DNA from: Chloroflexota bacterium | GTDB taxonomy: Bacteria > Chloroflexota > Dehalococcoidia > E44-bin15 | DNA: 64,000 nucleotides | Assembly (NCBI GenBank): GCA_030626475.1 | Contig: DAOUOW010000002.1 | Coordinates: forward strand, 454 to 64,453 | Direction of reading: 5' to 3' | In this document: positions 33,196-42,087 of the stretch, piece after piece | Layout: each line of letters starts with the position of its first letter | Position numbering within the stretch: the stretch's first letter is position 1 | Notes under the pieces: model-generated | What the model saw: the letters and a program-made list of their open reading frames with translations, nothing else | What the model was told of the DNA's origin: nothing | The model's database searches: none | Made by a program: the position numbers and the translations under genes

Positions 33196-34281
33196 ATGAA
33201 GTTCATTGATGAGTTTCGAGATACTGAGCTAGCTAAGGTTGTGATCAACAGAATCCACCGCAATTCGAAGCGGCACATCAGGCTCATGGAGTTCTGCGGA
33301 GGTCACACCGTTACCATCATGAAGCATGGCATCCGCCAGCTCCTGCCTGAAACGGTGGAGATGCTATCCGGTCCTGGATGCCCTGTCTGTGTTACCGCCC
33401 ATAAGGACCTGGATAAAGCTATTGCTCTTGCTCGAGACCCGGAGGTGATTCTCACCAGCTTCGGCGATATGCTTAAGGTCCCGGGCAGCTATTCCAGCCT
33501 GCAAAAGGTGAGGGCTGATGGCGCCGACGTAAGGATTGTCTATTCCACCCTCGATGCCCTCCAGATAGCGCGGGAAAATCGGGATAAATCTGTCGTTTTT
33601 ATCGGCATTGGCTTTGAGACCACAGCCCCTACCATCGCCGCCTCGGTGATGCAGGCCGAGGAGGAGGGGATAGAGAATTACTATGTTCTTTCGCTGCATA
33701 AGCTTTGCCCCCCGGTGATCAAGGCTCTTCTCGATTCTGGGGAGGTGAGACTGGACGGCCTCATCTGTCCCGGTCATGTGAGCGCTGTTATCGGCTCCCG
33801 CCCGTGGGATTTTGCCGCCCGTGATTATGGGATCGCATGTGTGGTATCAGGCTTTGAGCCTTTAGATGTTCTTCAATCCGTTGCAATGCTGGCTGAGCAG
33901 CTCGAAAAGGGGGAGCCCAAGGTGGAGATCGCCTATCGCCGTGGGGTGCGCCGTGAAGGGAATTTGAGGGCACAGGAGCTGATGAACACCGTCTTTGAGC
34001 CTTCGCCAGCACATTGGCGGGGGATGGGGGAGGTGCCGGAAAGCGGGCTAAGGCTGCGCAAGGAATACCAAGCATTTGATGCCGAGCTCTGCTTTGACTT
34101 CGACCCCGGGCCAACCCGCGAGCCCAAGGGCTGCATCTGCGGCGATATTCTCCGCGGAGTGAAGACCCCTCTCGATTGTAAACTTTTCCGAGGCGCTTGC
34201 ACCCCGGAGCACCCCGTGGGACCGTGCATGGTCTCCTCCGAGGGCAGCTGCGCCAGCTATTATCATTATGGGAACCTTTGA
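33196..34281 (+). CDS. hypD: Hydrogenase expression/formation protein HypD
   Basis: FCGGHT, GPGCPVCV and CPGHVS motifs, plus a C-terminal Cys cluster. Confidence 0.95.
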   Translation: MKFIDEFRDTELAKVVINRIHRNSKRHIRLMEFCGGHTVTIMKHGIRQLLPETVEMLSGPGCPVCVTAHKDLDKAIALARDPEVILTSFGDMLKVPGSYSSLQKVRADGADVRIVYSTLDALQIARENRDKSVVFIGIGFETTAPTIAASVMQAEEEGIENYYVLSLHKLCPPVIKALLDSGEVRLDGLICPGHVSAVIGSRPWDFAARDYGIACVVSGFEPLDVLQSVAMLAEQLEKGEPKVEIAYRRGVRREGNLRAQELMNTVFEPSPAHWRGMGEVPESGLRLRKEYQAFDAELCFDFDPGPTREPKGCICGDILRGVKTPLDCKLFRGACTPEHPVGPCMVSSEGSCASYYHYGNL

Positions 34282-35284
34282 CGAGGACAAGATCCTTCTC
34301 GCCCACGGCAGTGGAGGCAAACTGGGCCACGACCTGGTGGAAAAGGGCTTTTTGCCCGCATTCGATAATCCGCTGCTTTCAAAGCTGGATGACTCAGCGG
34401 TCTTCGAGGCCAGGGGACGACTGGCTTTCACCACCGATAGCTATACCGTGACCCCTATCTTCTTCCCCGGCGGCGACATCGGAAAGCTGTCGGTCTGCGG
34501 CACGGTGAACGACCTAGCGATGAGCGGCGCTGTGCCTTTGTATTTGAGCCTGTCGTTCATCATCGAGGAAGGTTTCCCCTTAAGCGACCTGGGGAAGATT
34601 GTGAACTCGATAAAGGATGCCGCCGAAGAGGCAGAGGTTAAGGTCATCACCGGAGATACCAAGGTGGTAAATAAGGGCAGCGTGGATAAGCTGTTCATCA
34701 ACACCGCCGGGGTGGGCGTTGTTCCTCACGGGATCGAAATCTCGGGCTCCAATGCCAGGCCAGGAGATAAGCTCATCTTGAGTGGACCCGTGGGCCATCA
34801 TGGCATCGCCGTGATGAGCGAGCGGGAAGGGCTGAGGTTCGCCACCCAGGTGAAGAGTGATTGCGCCCCGCTAAATAGGCTGGTGGCGGAGATGCTAGAG
34901 GCATCGGATGAGATTCACTGCCTGCGCGACCCGACCAGAGGTGGGCTGGCCACCACTCTCAACGAGTTTGCCACCCAATCTGGGGTTGGCATCCTCATTT
35001 ACGAAGATTGGATACCGGTGACAGATGAGGTAGAGGCTGCCTGCGAGATGCTGGGTTTTGACCCCTTTCATGTCGCCAACGAAGGAAGGCTGGTGGCTGC
35101 TGTTGCCCCCGATGATGCCGAGAAGGTTCTCAAGCAGATGCGGCAAAACAAATACGGAACTGAGGCAGCAATCATCGGGGAGGTCAGAGAGGAGCATTCA
35201 GGTAAGGTGGTGATGAGGACTTCATTAGGGGCATCTCGCATCGTTGATATGCTGGTCGGGGAACTGCTGCCCCGTATATGCTAA
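34268..35284 (+). CDS. hypE: Hydrogenase maturation protein HypE
   Basis: PurM-like fold motifs (TDSYTV, LRDPTRGGLATTLNE) and the C-terminal PRIC carrying the cyanated Cys. Confidence 0.95.
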   Translation: MGTFDEDKILLAHGSGGKLGHDLVEKGFLPAFDNPLLSKLDDSAVFEARGRLAFTTDSYTVTPIFFPGGDIGKLSVCGTVNDLAMSGAVPLYLSLSFIIEEGFPLSDLGKIVNSIKDAAEEAEVKVITGDTKVVNKGSVDKLFINTAGVGVVPHGIEISGSNARPGDKLILSGPVGHHGIAVMSEREGLRFATQVKSDCAPLNRLVAEMLEASDEIHCLRDPTRGGLATTLNEFATQSGVGILIYEDWIPVTDEVEAACEMLGFDPFHVANEGRLVAAVAPDDAEKVLKQMRQNKYGTEAAIIGEVREEHSGKVVMRTSLGASRIVDMLVGELLPRIC

Positions 35285-35739
35285 TGGCTCTCCACTTCCT
35301 CAGCCACCATCTCCACTGCCTTGGGGATCGCCTGCTCCACCTCGGGGGTGCACTTTTCGCCGAAGTTGATTACATCCTGTACCTCAATGGCGAAGATGAC
35401 AATCTCCTTGGGCATCTCAAGCCCTAATCTCTTCCCCAGCTCGAGGGCGGTGGCAAGGCTGACATCATGGGGGGAGACGGCATGCCGTGGAGTGACAAAA
35501 TCATCAGGCCCCAGCCGATAAACCTGGCCCACCTTTCCCGCTACGGTCTGGATAGAATCGACGATGATCACCCTGTCGTAGCCCACGAGGAGGTCGAGCA
35601 GGCTGAGCCCGGCGAGGTCGCTTTCCATCACCGTCACCTGTTCTTCATCGAAGCGACCCTTGAGCGCCTGGACAACGTGAAAGCCCACGCTATCATCGCT
35701 AAGGATCGGATTGCCTAACCCCAAGACCAGGTTCTTCAA
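35281..35739 (-). CDS. Hydrogenase maturation endopeptidase (HyaD/FrhD family)
   Basis: LVLGLGNPILSDDSVGFHV...IIVDS...SPHD, 152 aa. It is the last gene of the hydrogenase operon. Confidence 0.85.
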   Translation of the reverse strand: MKNLVLGLGNPILSDDSVGFHVVQALKGRFDEEQVTVMESDLAGLSLLDLLVGYDRVIIVDSIQTVAGKVGQVYRLGPDDFVTPRHAVSPHDVSLATALELGKRLGLEMPKEIVIFAIEVQDVINFGEKCTPEVEQAIPKAVEMVAEEVESH

Positions 35740-35856
35740 CTTTTTCGACCTATGGCAAGGAATTTTGGCTTAGGTGATTGGCTATCGGCGGCAGCTTTCA
35801 ATTGGAAAGATGATAAACGGAGACAAGAATCCAGATAGCCTTTCATTCACCACAGC

Positions 35857-37335
35857 CTATAGTTCGAAAGAGAGGTTTCGGCTCAGCCGATGCACAATGT
35901 TGCCTTCGGCGTCGCGGATTATCACTTCCAGCGGCATCTGTCCCGGCAGGGTATGGGTGGCACAGGCAAGACAGGGGTCGTAGGCTCGGAAGGCCATCTC
36001 CACCATATTCAGCAGCCCTTCACTGGCCACCTTTCCTGCGGTGATCAGTTTTTGCGCTGCCTTCTTGATCGACATATTCATCGCCGGGTTGTTCTGAACA
36101 GTGGCCACGATGAGGTTGACCTTCTCCACCATGCCATTCTCATCCGTCTTATAGTGATGATAGAGGGTGCCCCGGGGTGCCTCCACCACCCCTACCCCCT
36201 CATCGGGGGTGGCGGTGGGGATGGTGCGAACATTGGGGTCGATGACCTCCTTGTCCTGGCACAGCTCCAAAAGCCTCTCCGCGGCATACAAAATCTCGAC
36301 AAGTCTTGCCCAGTGAAATGCCAGGGTGGCATGAACCGGCTTCCCCCCCAGGGTGCTATACATCTTCTCATAAGCCTCCTGGGCTAGAGGGGTTGCCATG
36401 CCATCGGCGACATTTAGCCGAGCCAGTGGGGCTACCCGATAGACCCCACTATCCTTGCCCTCAACAAGCCCCTTCCAGCCGACCTTCTTCAGGAAGGGGA
36501 ACTTGAGGTATGACCAGGGCTCGGTGTGCTCCCCGATGTAGTCCACATAGTCAGCGGCCTTGAACTTGGCGACCTCCTTCCCCTCAGGGTCAACCACCCT
36601 GATGTCGCCCTCATAGAAGTTCACCTTGTTATTGGCATCTACCATGCCCATGTAGTAGCTCTCCATGGTATAAATAGGGCCGGTGATGATGTCCACATAC
36701 TCCTTGTTGCCTAGGACGACGTCATCGAACAGTTTGAGGCCGAACTTGCCGAACTCCACCATGGACTTGGCCTTCTCCTCAAAGTCGGCCCTCTCCTCTT
36801 CGGTGATGGCTCTGCTCATGCCTCCGGGGAGACCGCAGACGGAATGGGTTGCCTTGCCCCCGATGACCGCCTGGATGTCTTGAGCGTAGGCGCGGTGCTT
36901 GATCACCTCGCCGCCAACCTCAAGCCCCACCTTGGCAATAACCCCCAGGATATTTCTCTCAGCGGGGTCGGCAGTGGGCCCCACCACAAAGTCAGGGGCA
37001 GCAAGAACATAGAAGTGAGCGATGTGGGAATGGCACATGTGGGCACAGTAGTATAGCTCTCTTAACTTCTTTGCCGCCTGAGGGGGGTCGACATGATAGA
37101 CGGCATCGGTGGCCTTGGTGGAAGCCATGTGGTGAGCTGAGGGGCAGACGCCACAGATTCTGGGAGTGATACGGGGCAGCTCCTCCACCGGCCTTCCCTC
37201 GCAGAACTTCTCAAAGCCGCGAAACTCAGGCACCTGAAGGTAGGCATTGGCCACATTTCCCTCATCATCGAGGAAAATTTCTATCCTGCCGTGCCCCTCC
37301 AGCCTGGTTATGGGATCAACCGTTATCTTCTTCAT
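35857..37335 (-). CDS. mvhA: [NiFe] hydrogenase large subunit, group 3 (MvhA/VhuA-like)
   Basis: N-terminal RLEGHG and RICGVCPSAHH. C-terminal DPCLACATH is followed by a 31-aa extension of the kind removed by the endopeptidase. Confidence 0.9.
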   Translation of the reverse strand: MKKITVDPITRLEGHGRIEIFLDDEGNVANAYLQVPEFRGFEKFCEGRPVEELPRITPRICGVCPSAHHMASTKATDAVYHVDPPQAAKKLRELYYCAHMCHSHIAHFYVLAAPDFVVGPTADPAERNILGVIAKVGLEVGGEVIKHRAYAQDIQAVIGGKATHSVCGLPGGMSRAITEEERADFEEKAKSMVEFGKFGLKLFDDVVLGNKEYVDIITGPIYTMESYYMGMVDANNKVNFYEGDIRVVDPEGKEVAKFKAADYVDYIGEHTEPWSYLKFPFLKKVGWKGLVEGKDSGVYRVAPLARLNVADGMATPLAQEAYEKMYSTLGGKPVHATLAFHWARLVEILYAAERLLELCQDKEVIDPNVRTIPTATPDEGVGVVEAPRGTLYHHYKTDENGMVEKVNLIVATVQNNPAMNMSIKKAAQKLITAGKVASEGLLNMVEMAFRAYDPCLACATHTLPGQMPLEVIIRDAEGNIVHRLSRNLSFEL

Positions 37336-37344
37336 GGCATTCCT

Positions 37345-38298
37345 CTATATTCTCTTTCTTTTCATCATCGAGGTGGACATCCCGAAGCGGTAGAAGGTGC
37401 CTGCCGGGTCTTTGACCTCGTCGACCATCCTGGCAATCTCGGCCTCATCCTTGACATCATAGATGGAGGCCAGAGCGCTGAGCATCTTGGCTCCCTGATC
37501 ATGAACCCCAGCCGGCGGCCCGAAGCAGCCGCGGCAGGGCATGTTGGCCTCGATGCATCTGGCTCCACATCCACCCCTGGTGGCAGGCCCCATGCATATC
37601 AGTCCCTGCTCTAGGAGGCATTTCTCCGGTTCGGGGATGATCTCATGGGGGCGATAAATCTTGGTGATCTTCTTTTCCTCCTTAGTTCGAGGACACTCAT
37701 CGCAAAGGGTCTTTTCCAAGGCAATTACCGAGCCTGGGGGAGGCAGCGAACTGGTGGCCAGGGCGTCCACCACCTTGAGGATGAGGTCCACAGGTGGGGG
37801 ACAGCCAGGCATATAGTATTCCACGGCCACCACCTGGTCTAATGCCGATACCGTGTCATAAAACTCGGGAAGCTCGAGCTCCCCCTCCTCGACTTGGGTC
37901 GAGGTTTGGGGGAAGACCCTTTCGGTGTTAGCATTGGTGGGCGCCTCAACATAGGCGCGCTCAAAAGCGAGGTCTCGGTTGAAAAAGTTGGCCAGCGCCG
38001 GGATGCCGCCAAAGCAGGCGCAGGAACCGAAGGCGACCATAACCTTGGACTTTTGACGAAGCAGCTTGGCGATCTTCTCTTGCTCCGTATTTCTTACCGA
38101 GCCGTTGAACAGGCAGACATCGATGCTCCCATCATCCATGGCCTCAATATGGTGGTACTTAAAATCCATGGCGATAGGCCAGAGGACGATGTCTGCCAGC
38201 TCAGCGAGATCGAGGATCTTCTCATTGATGTCCAGCACGGCGACATCGCAGCCGCCGCAGCTAGCTGCCCAGTAGAGAGCCATTTTCAGCTTTGGCAT
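37345..38298 (-). CDS. mvhG: [NiFe] hydrogenase small subunit, group 3 (MvhG/VhuG-like)
   Basis: Starts WAASCGGCDVA with no Tat signal. Other motifs are GSCACFGG, PGCPP and a distal cluster region CMGPATRGGCGARC...CRGCFGP. Confidence 0.88.
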   Translation of the reverse strand: MPKLKMALYWAASCGGCDVAVLDINEKILDLAELADIVLWPIAMDFKYHHIEAMDDGSIDVCLFNGSVRNTEQEKIAKLLRQKSKVMVAFGSCACFGGIPALANFFNRDLAFERAYVEAPTNANTERVFPQTSTQVEEGELELPEFYDTVSALDQVVAVEYYMPGCPPPVDLILKVVDALATSSLPPPGSVIALEKTLCDECPRTKEEKKITKIYRPHEIIPEPEKCLLEQGLICMGPATRGGCGARCIEANMPCRGCFGPPAGVHDQGAKMLSALASIYDVKDEAEIARMVDEVKDPAGTFYRFGMSTSMMKRKRI

Positions 38299-38299
38299 G

Positions 38300-38722
38300 C
38301 TATCCCCCTCCGTTGGCGCGGAATGGCCCCAGTTCCTTTACCTTGGCCGTCATCTCATTGACGATGGAGGCAAAGCGAGCCCCCTCAGCGGCAGAGACCC
38401 AGTCCAAGCGCACTCGCTCGTCCTCGATCCCCAACTGCTCCAGCATCTTCTTCAACAGGGGGATACGCCGCGCCGTTTTGTAGTTTCCTTCAACATAGTG
38501 GCAATCGCCGGGGTGGCAGCCCAGGATCAATACTCCGTCTGCCCCTTGCTGGAAGGCCTTGAGGACAAAGACGGGGTCCACCCTCCCGCTACACATCACC
38601 CGCACAATCCTCACATTGGGAGCGCTCTTTACCCTCGCTGTGCCTGCCATGTCTGCGCCCCGGTAAGAACACCAGTTGCAACAGAAGCCTACAATCTTTG
38701 GTTCGAAGTCAGAATTGCTCAT
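38300..38722 (-). CDS. mvhD: MvhD/VhuD-like hydrogenase iron-sulfur subunit
   Basis: [19 protein letters not shown]...[11 protein letters not shown]...[18 protein letters not shown] prefer the ATG at 38722 (5 nt after AAGGTGAGGG) over the GTG at 38731. Confidence 0.85.
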   Translation of the reverse strand: MSNSDFEPKIVGFCCNWCSYRGADMAGTARVKSAPNVRIVRVMCSGRVDPVFVLKAFQQGADGVLILGCHPGDCHYVEGNYKTARRIPLLKKMLEQLGIEDERVRLDWVSAAEGARFASIVNEMTAKVKELGPFRANGGG

Positions 38723-38750
38723 TTCCCTCACCTTGTTGTATTGCGTGCGT

Positions 38751-38779
38751 ATTATAATATGCTGATTTCATCTGCGCAA
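38751..38779 (-). promoter_or_regulatory. Candidate promoter of the hydrogenase operon
   Basis: The minus strand reads TTGCGC, a 17-nt spacer, then TATAAT (-10 at 38756..38751). Confidence 0.5.
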
Positions 38780-39276
38780 AAAAAGGGCGACCGACCCAAT
38801 CAGGTCAGCTACCCTTAAATATGCCTACAAAAATCTGCGAAACGCCAATCTGCCAATCAACCCTTTTGCTTTTTCTCCCTATTTCATTTTACCGTTCATC
38901 ATAATCCCCTGTCAATAGCCAGCTTGCAACCTAAGATTCCCCTTTTGGAGATTCCTTCTCGCTTCCTTCGCCGGGCGCCTGCCTCGTTCTTTCCTCGAAG
39001 CCTCTCTGGGATGGATGATACTGCCCCGCTTTTTGCCCCTCTAGCAGGGGGGATGTTAAGCCAAACCACCCTGCTTTGCCGCTAACGCCATCACGCCTCG
39101 GCTTAGAACCCTTTGGGTCATAAATGATGACCAATTCGTCCTCCTGAATTGGGACCGTTTGCGGCTTTTAGCAAGCGAAAAACAAAGGCATAATGTTGAA
39201 GAATACTTCGCAAGGAAGCGATGGCCGTATCGAAGCCGGCCAGTCCATTCTTGTGCGATCGAGTTGGAGGTGAGAC

Positions 39277-40125
39277 ATGGGAAAAGTGAAAAAGATAGGC
39301 TCCAGTAAGAAAGCCTTAGCCGGTCTGGCAACAGCCTTTTTGGTGCTTGTTCTGGTTGTTATCGGTTTCGCAAGCCAAGGGACTGGTGTCAGCCCTGCCT
39401 TGGGCCAGTGGGGCTACGGCTATGGCTATGGCTATGGAGGGGGAGGGGGAGGCTTTGTTGATACTACGGCGCCCGGGATCTCGGATGCATCTATATCGGC
39501 CTCCGCTATCACCGACACCAGTGCCACCATAGCCTGGACCACGAATGAGCCGAGCACGAGCCAGGTGGAATACTGGCCCGGTTCCTTCTCGGCACTGGAT
39601 AGCACCCTGGTCACCAGCCACAGCGTCACTCTGGCCGACTTGACTCCAGGAACTACCTATCACTACACGTGCAGGTCAACCGACGCTGCAGGCAATTTGG
39701 TGGTATCTGATGAGCATACCTTCACCACCTCGGGTGTTTCGCCTGATACCACGCCTCCTGTGATATCAGCGGTATCAGCCTCAGATGTCTCCGACGATAG
39801 GGCGGTCATAGCCTGGACCACGGATGAGCCGAGCACGAGCGAGGTGGAATACTGGGTCACCACCACCTCTCTGTGGTCTCGGGACACAACCCGGGTCACC
39901 AGCCACAGCGTGACTCTGACCGATCTAGACTCAGAGACCACCTATAACTTCAGTGTCAGGTCAAGCGACGCCGCAGGCAACCTGGCCATATCCGACGAGT
40001 ACACCTTCACTACCTCGGCTGCAGTTGCTGCCGCCGCTAACTGGGCGCTCATCGGAGGCATTATAGGTGGTGTGGTGGTTGCTGGCGGGCTAGCGTGGTA
40101 TCTGTGGTGGAGGAGAAGGGGATAG
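39277..40125 (+). CDS. Anchored surface protein with two tandem FN3-like domains
   Basis: N-terminal signal/anchor (LAGLATAFLVLVLVVIGFA), a GYGYGYGYGGGGGG tract and two ~93-aa repeats of the form (A/V)IAWTT(N/D)EPSTS.VEYW...TSHSVTL.DL...TY......DAAGNL..SDE.TFTTS. The C-terminus is the TM helix WALIGGIIGGVVVAGGLAWYLWW followed by RRRG. Confidence 0.8.
   Translation: MGKVKKIGSSKKALAGLATAFLVLVLVVIGFASQGTGVSPALGQWGYGYGYGYGGGGGGFVDTTAPGISDASISASAITDTSATIAWTTNEPSTSQVEYWPGSFSALDSTLVTSHSVTLADLTPGTTYHYTCRSTDAAGNLVVSDEHTFTTSGVSPDTTPPVISAVSASDVSDDRAVIAWTTDEPSTSEVEYWVTTTSLWSRDTTRVTSHSVTLTDLDSETTYNFSVRSSDAAGNLAISDEYTFTTSAAVAAAANWALIGGIIGGVVVAGGLAWYLWWRRRG
39412..39453 (+). repeat. In-frame hexanucleotide (GGCTAY)x4 plus (GGR)x6 microsatellite
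   Basis: ggctac ggctat ggctat ggctat gga ggg gga ggg gga ggc, encoding (GY)4 followed by G6. Confidence 0.85.
39460..40020 (+). repeat. Tandem duplication of the FN3-like module (39460-39744 and 39745-40020)
   Basis: Long near-identical nucleotide runs between the units. For example, catagcctggaccacgAatgagccgagcacgagcCaggtggaatactgg matches catagcctggaccacgGatgagccgagcacgagcGaggtggaatactgg. Confidence 0.85.
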
Positions 40126-40258
40126 TACTTGGGTTAGTGATATACCCGTTAGTTCTGCGCTAATAGAGCTGAGGCAGGGTCTGCGCTCTGCCCCAGCTCG
40201 TTGGCAAATAAAGCCCCTGGCTGTGATCAAAGCATGGAGCAGAATTAAGGTGAGGACA

Positions 40259-41524
40259 ATGCTAGCTAGAGTAAGCCTGATCGGGGAAAGGCTAAAGAGC
40301 GATGAAATGGCTAGGCATGGAAGCATGATGGTCGCTTTTGTATTTCTTGGGGGGCTTTTCGGCTACCTGTACCAGCTCTCCATGGGCAGGATGCTGGCAC
40401 CAGCGGAATATGGAACGCTCATTAGCCTGCTATCCTTGTTCCTGATCATCTCAGTATTCTCCCAGACCATCCAGGCCTCGGTATCCCGATTTACTTCTAA
40501 GTACAGGGTCGATAACAAGTGGGGAAGGATAAACTACCTGTGGAAATACTCCCTAAGACGGACCTTCCTACTGGGAGTGGGGTTGTTTCTCATCTTGTTT
40601 ATGCTCAGCCCCCTGGTTTCAAGGTTTCTCAACATTGATAACAATTGGTATTGGGTCATCTTTGCCTCCTCTTTCCTGTTGGCTTTTATGGTTGCAGTGA
40701 ACTGGGGAATCCTACAGGGGCTGCAGAGATTTTCGCCTTTGGGTTTTAGCACTGCTCTCATGGGGCTATTGAGACTTGGCCTGGGCCTCCTTTTGGTCTA
40801 TCTAGGGATGGGGCTTTACGGCGGCTTGCTCTGCCTCCCCCTTGCCATCGTAGTAGTTCTGGTGGTAACCCACTCCTCACTCAAGGACATGGCCAAGGCA
40901 GGTAATGAGACGGTTGAGATCAGAGGGCTTTTTTCGTATGCCGGGTTAGCCCTCTTGGCTCTGGCTGCTTTTGCTGTGTTAACCAATATGGATGTTATTC
41001 TGGCTAAGCACTTTCTAAGCCCTGAGAGTGCTGGCAATTATTCAGCTATCTCGGTCTTGGGGAGGATAGTCCTCGTCGCCCCCATGGGGATCGCTATGGC
41101 TATGTTTCCCAAGACCTCCGAGCTTTTTGAGACCGGGGGGAGACATCGCCCGGTGCTGGTGAAAGCAACGCTGCTCACCATTCTTCTCGGCGGGGGCGTG
41201 GTACTGGTCTATTGGCTCTTTCCTGATTTCATCATTAATTCCCTCTTCGCCGACGAGTATTCCCTGGTCGCTTCTCACCTCTTTAAGTATGGGCTGGCGA
41301 TGGCATTTTGGGCAATCTCGTTTCTGTTGATGCAATATTTACTGTCATTGAATCGAACCAGAGTAGCCTATTCCCTGCTCGGGGCTATGGTGCTTCAGGT
41401 GGGTCTAATAATCGGTTTTCACTCCAGCATTGGCCAGATCGTTGATATCATGCTTATCTCCAGCATAGTCTGCTTGGCCCTGGTGTGCCCCTTCTATTTC
41501 AATGTGAGAAGGAGACATTTATGA
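40259..41524 (+). CDS. MOP/Wzx-family polysaccharide flippase
   Basis: About 12-14 predicted TM helices with a typical Wzx-length polytopic pattern. I chose the ATG at 40259 (after AAGGTGAGGA) rather than the start at 40223. Confidence 0.75.
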   Translation: MLARVSLIGERLKSDEMARHGSMMVAFVFLGGLFGYLYQLSMGRMLAPAEYGTLISLLSLFLIISVFSQTIQASVSRFTSKYRVDNKWGRINYLWKYSLRRTFLLGVGLFLILFMLSPLVSRFLNIDNNWYWVIFASSFLLAFMVAVNWGILQGLQRFSPLGFSTALMGLLRLGLGLLLVYLGMGLYGGLLCLPLAIVVVLVVTHSSLKDMAKAGNETVEIRGLFSYAGLALLALAAFAVLTNMDVILAKHFLSPESAGNYSAISVLGRIVLVAPMGIAMAMFPKTSELFETGGRHRPVLVKATLLTILLGGGVVLVYWLFPDFIINSLFADEYSLVASHLFKYGLAMAFWAISFLLMQYLLSLNRTRVAYSLLGAMVLQVGLIIGFHSSIGQIVDIMLISSIVCLALVCPFYFNVRRRHL

Positions 41525-42087
41525 ACAGGGCTGTTTTCATAGATCGGGATGGGACGATCGCAAAGGATGTCCCTTATTGCAGTCGTCCTCAGGATTTTCA
41601 ACTATTGCCCCGGGCTGGCAATGGGATAAGGCTATTGAACAACAACGGGTTCAAGGTGCTCATGATCACCAATCAATCCGGGGTCGCTCGGGGTTATTTT
41701 ACCCGGGAAATGCTGGGCAGAATCCACCGCAAGATGAGGAGAGATCTAGCTGAGTATGGGGCTCATATTGATGCCATCTATTATTGCCCCCATTACCCCG
41801 ATGAGCACTGCGATTGCAGAAAGCCAAAGCCAGCGTTGGTCTATCGGGCGGCAAGGAAGCATGACATCGAATTGAGCAAATCCTTCTTCATTGGGGATCA
41901 ATGGCATGATGTGGAGGCGGGGCATTCTGCTGGCTGTAGGACGTGTTTGGTCTCGCCCAATGGCACACCAGAAACACCGCCAAGCCGGAATAATATGCCA
42001 GAGCTGGACTTTGTCGCCCGCGATTTCCTGGAAGCTTGCACATGGATTCTAAAACTCATAGTACCTGAAGTAGTTAGGGGGAAGTGA
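41521..42087 (+). CDS. gmhB: D-glycero-D-manno-heptose 1,7-bisphosphate phosphatase (HAD-IIIA)
   Basis: FIDRDGTI, ITNQSGVARGYF, the Zn-loop CPHYPDEHCDCRKPKP and FIGDQWHDVEAG. The ATG overlaps the flippase stop (ATGA). Confidence 0.85.
   Translation: MNRAVFIDRDGTIAKDVPYCSRPQDFQLLPRAGNGIRLLNNNGFKVLMITNQSGVARGYFTREMLGRIHRKMRRDLAEYGAHIDAIYYCPHYPDEHCDCRKPKPALVYRAARKHDIELSKSFFIGDQWHDVEAGHSAGCRTCLVSPNGTPETPPSRNNMPELDFVARDFLEACTWILKLIVPEVVRGK

Noticed and set aside
38931-39331. Short minus-strand ORFs, and a GCGAAGGAAGCG stretch reminiscent of the SRP-RNA helix 8 motif, in the long intergenic region.
   Set aside because: The ORFs lack an RBS and any motif. I could not fold the surrounding sequence into an SRP-like hairpin, and the match is only a short purine-rich string.
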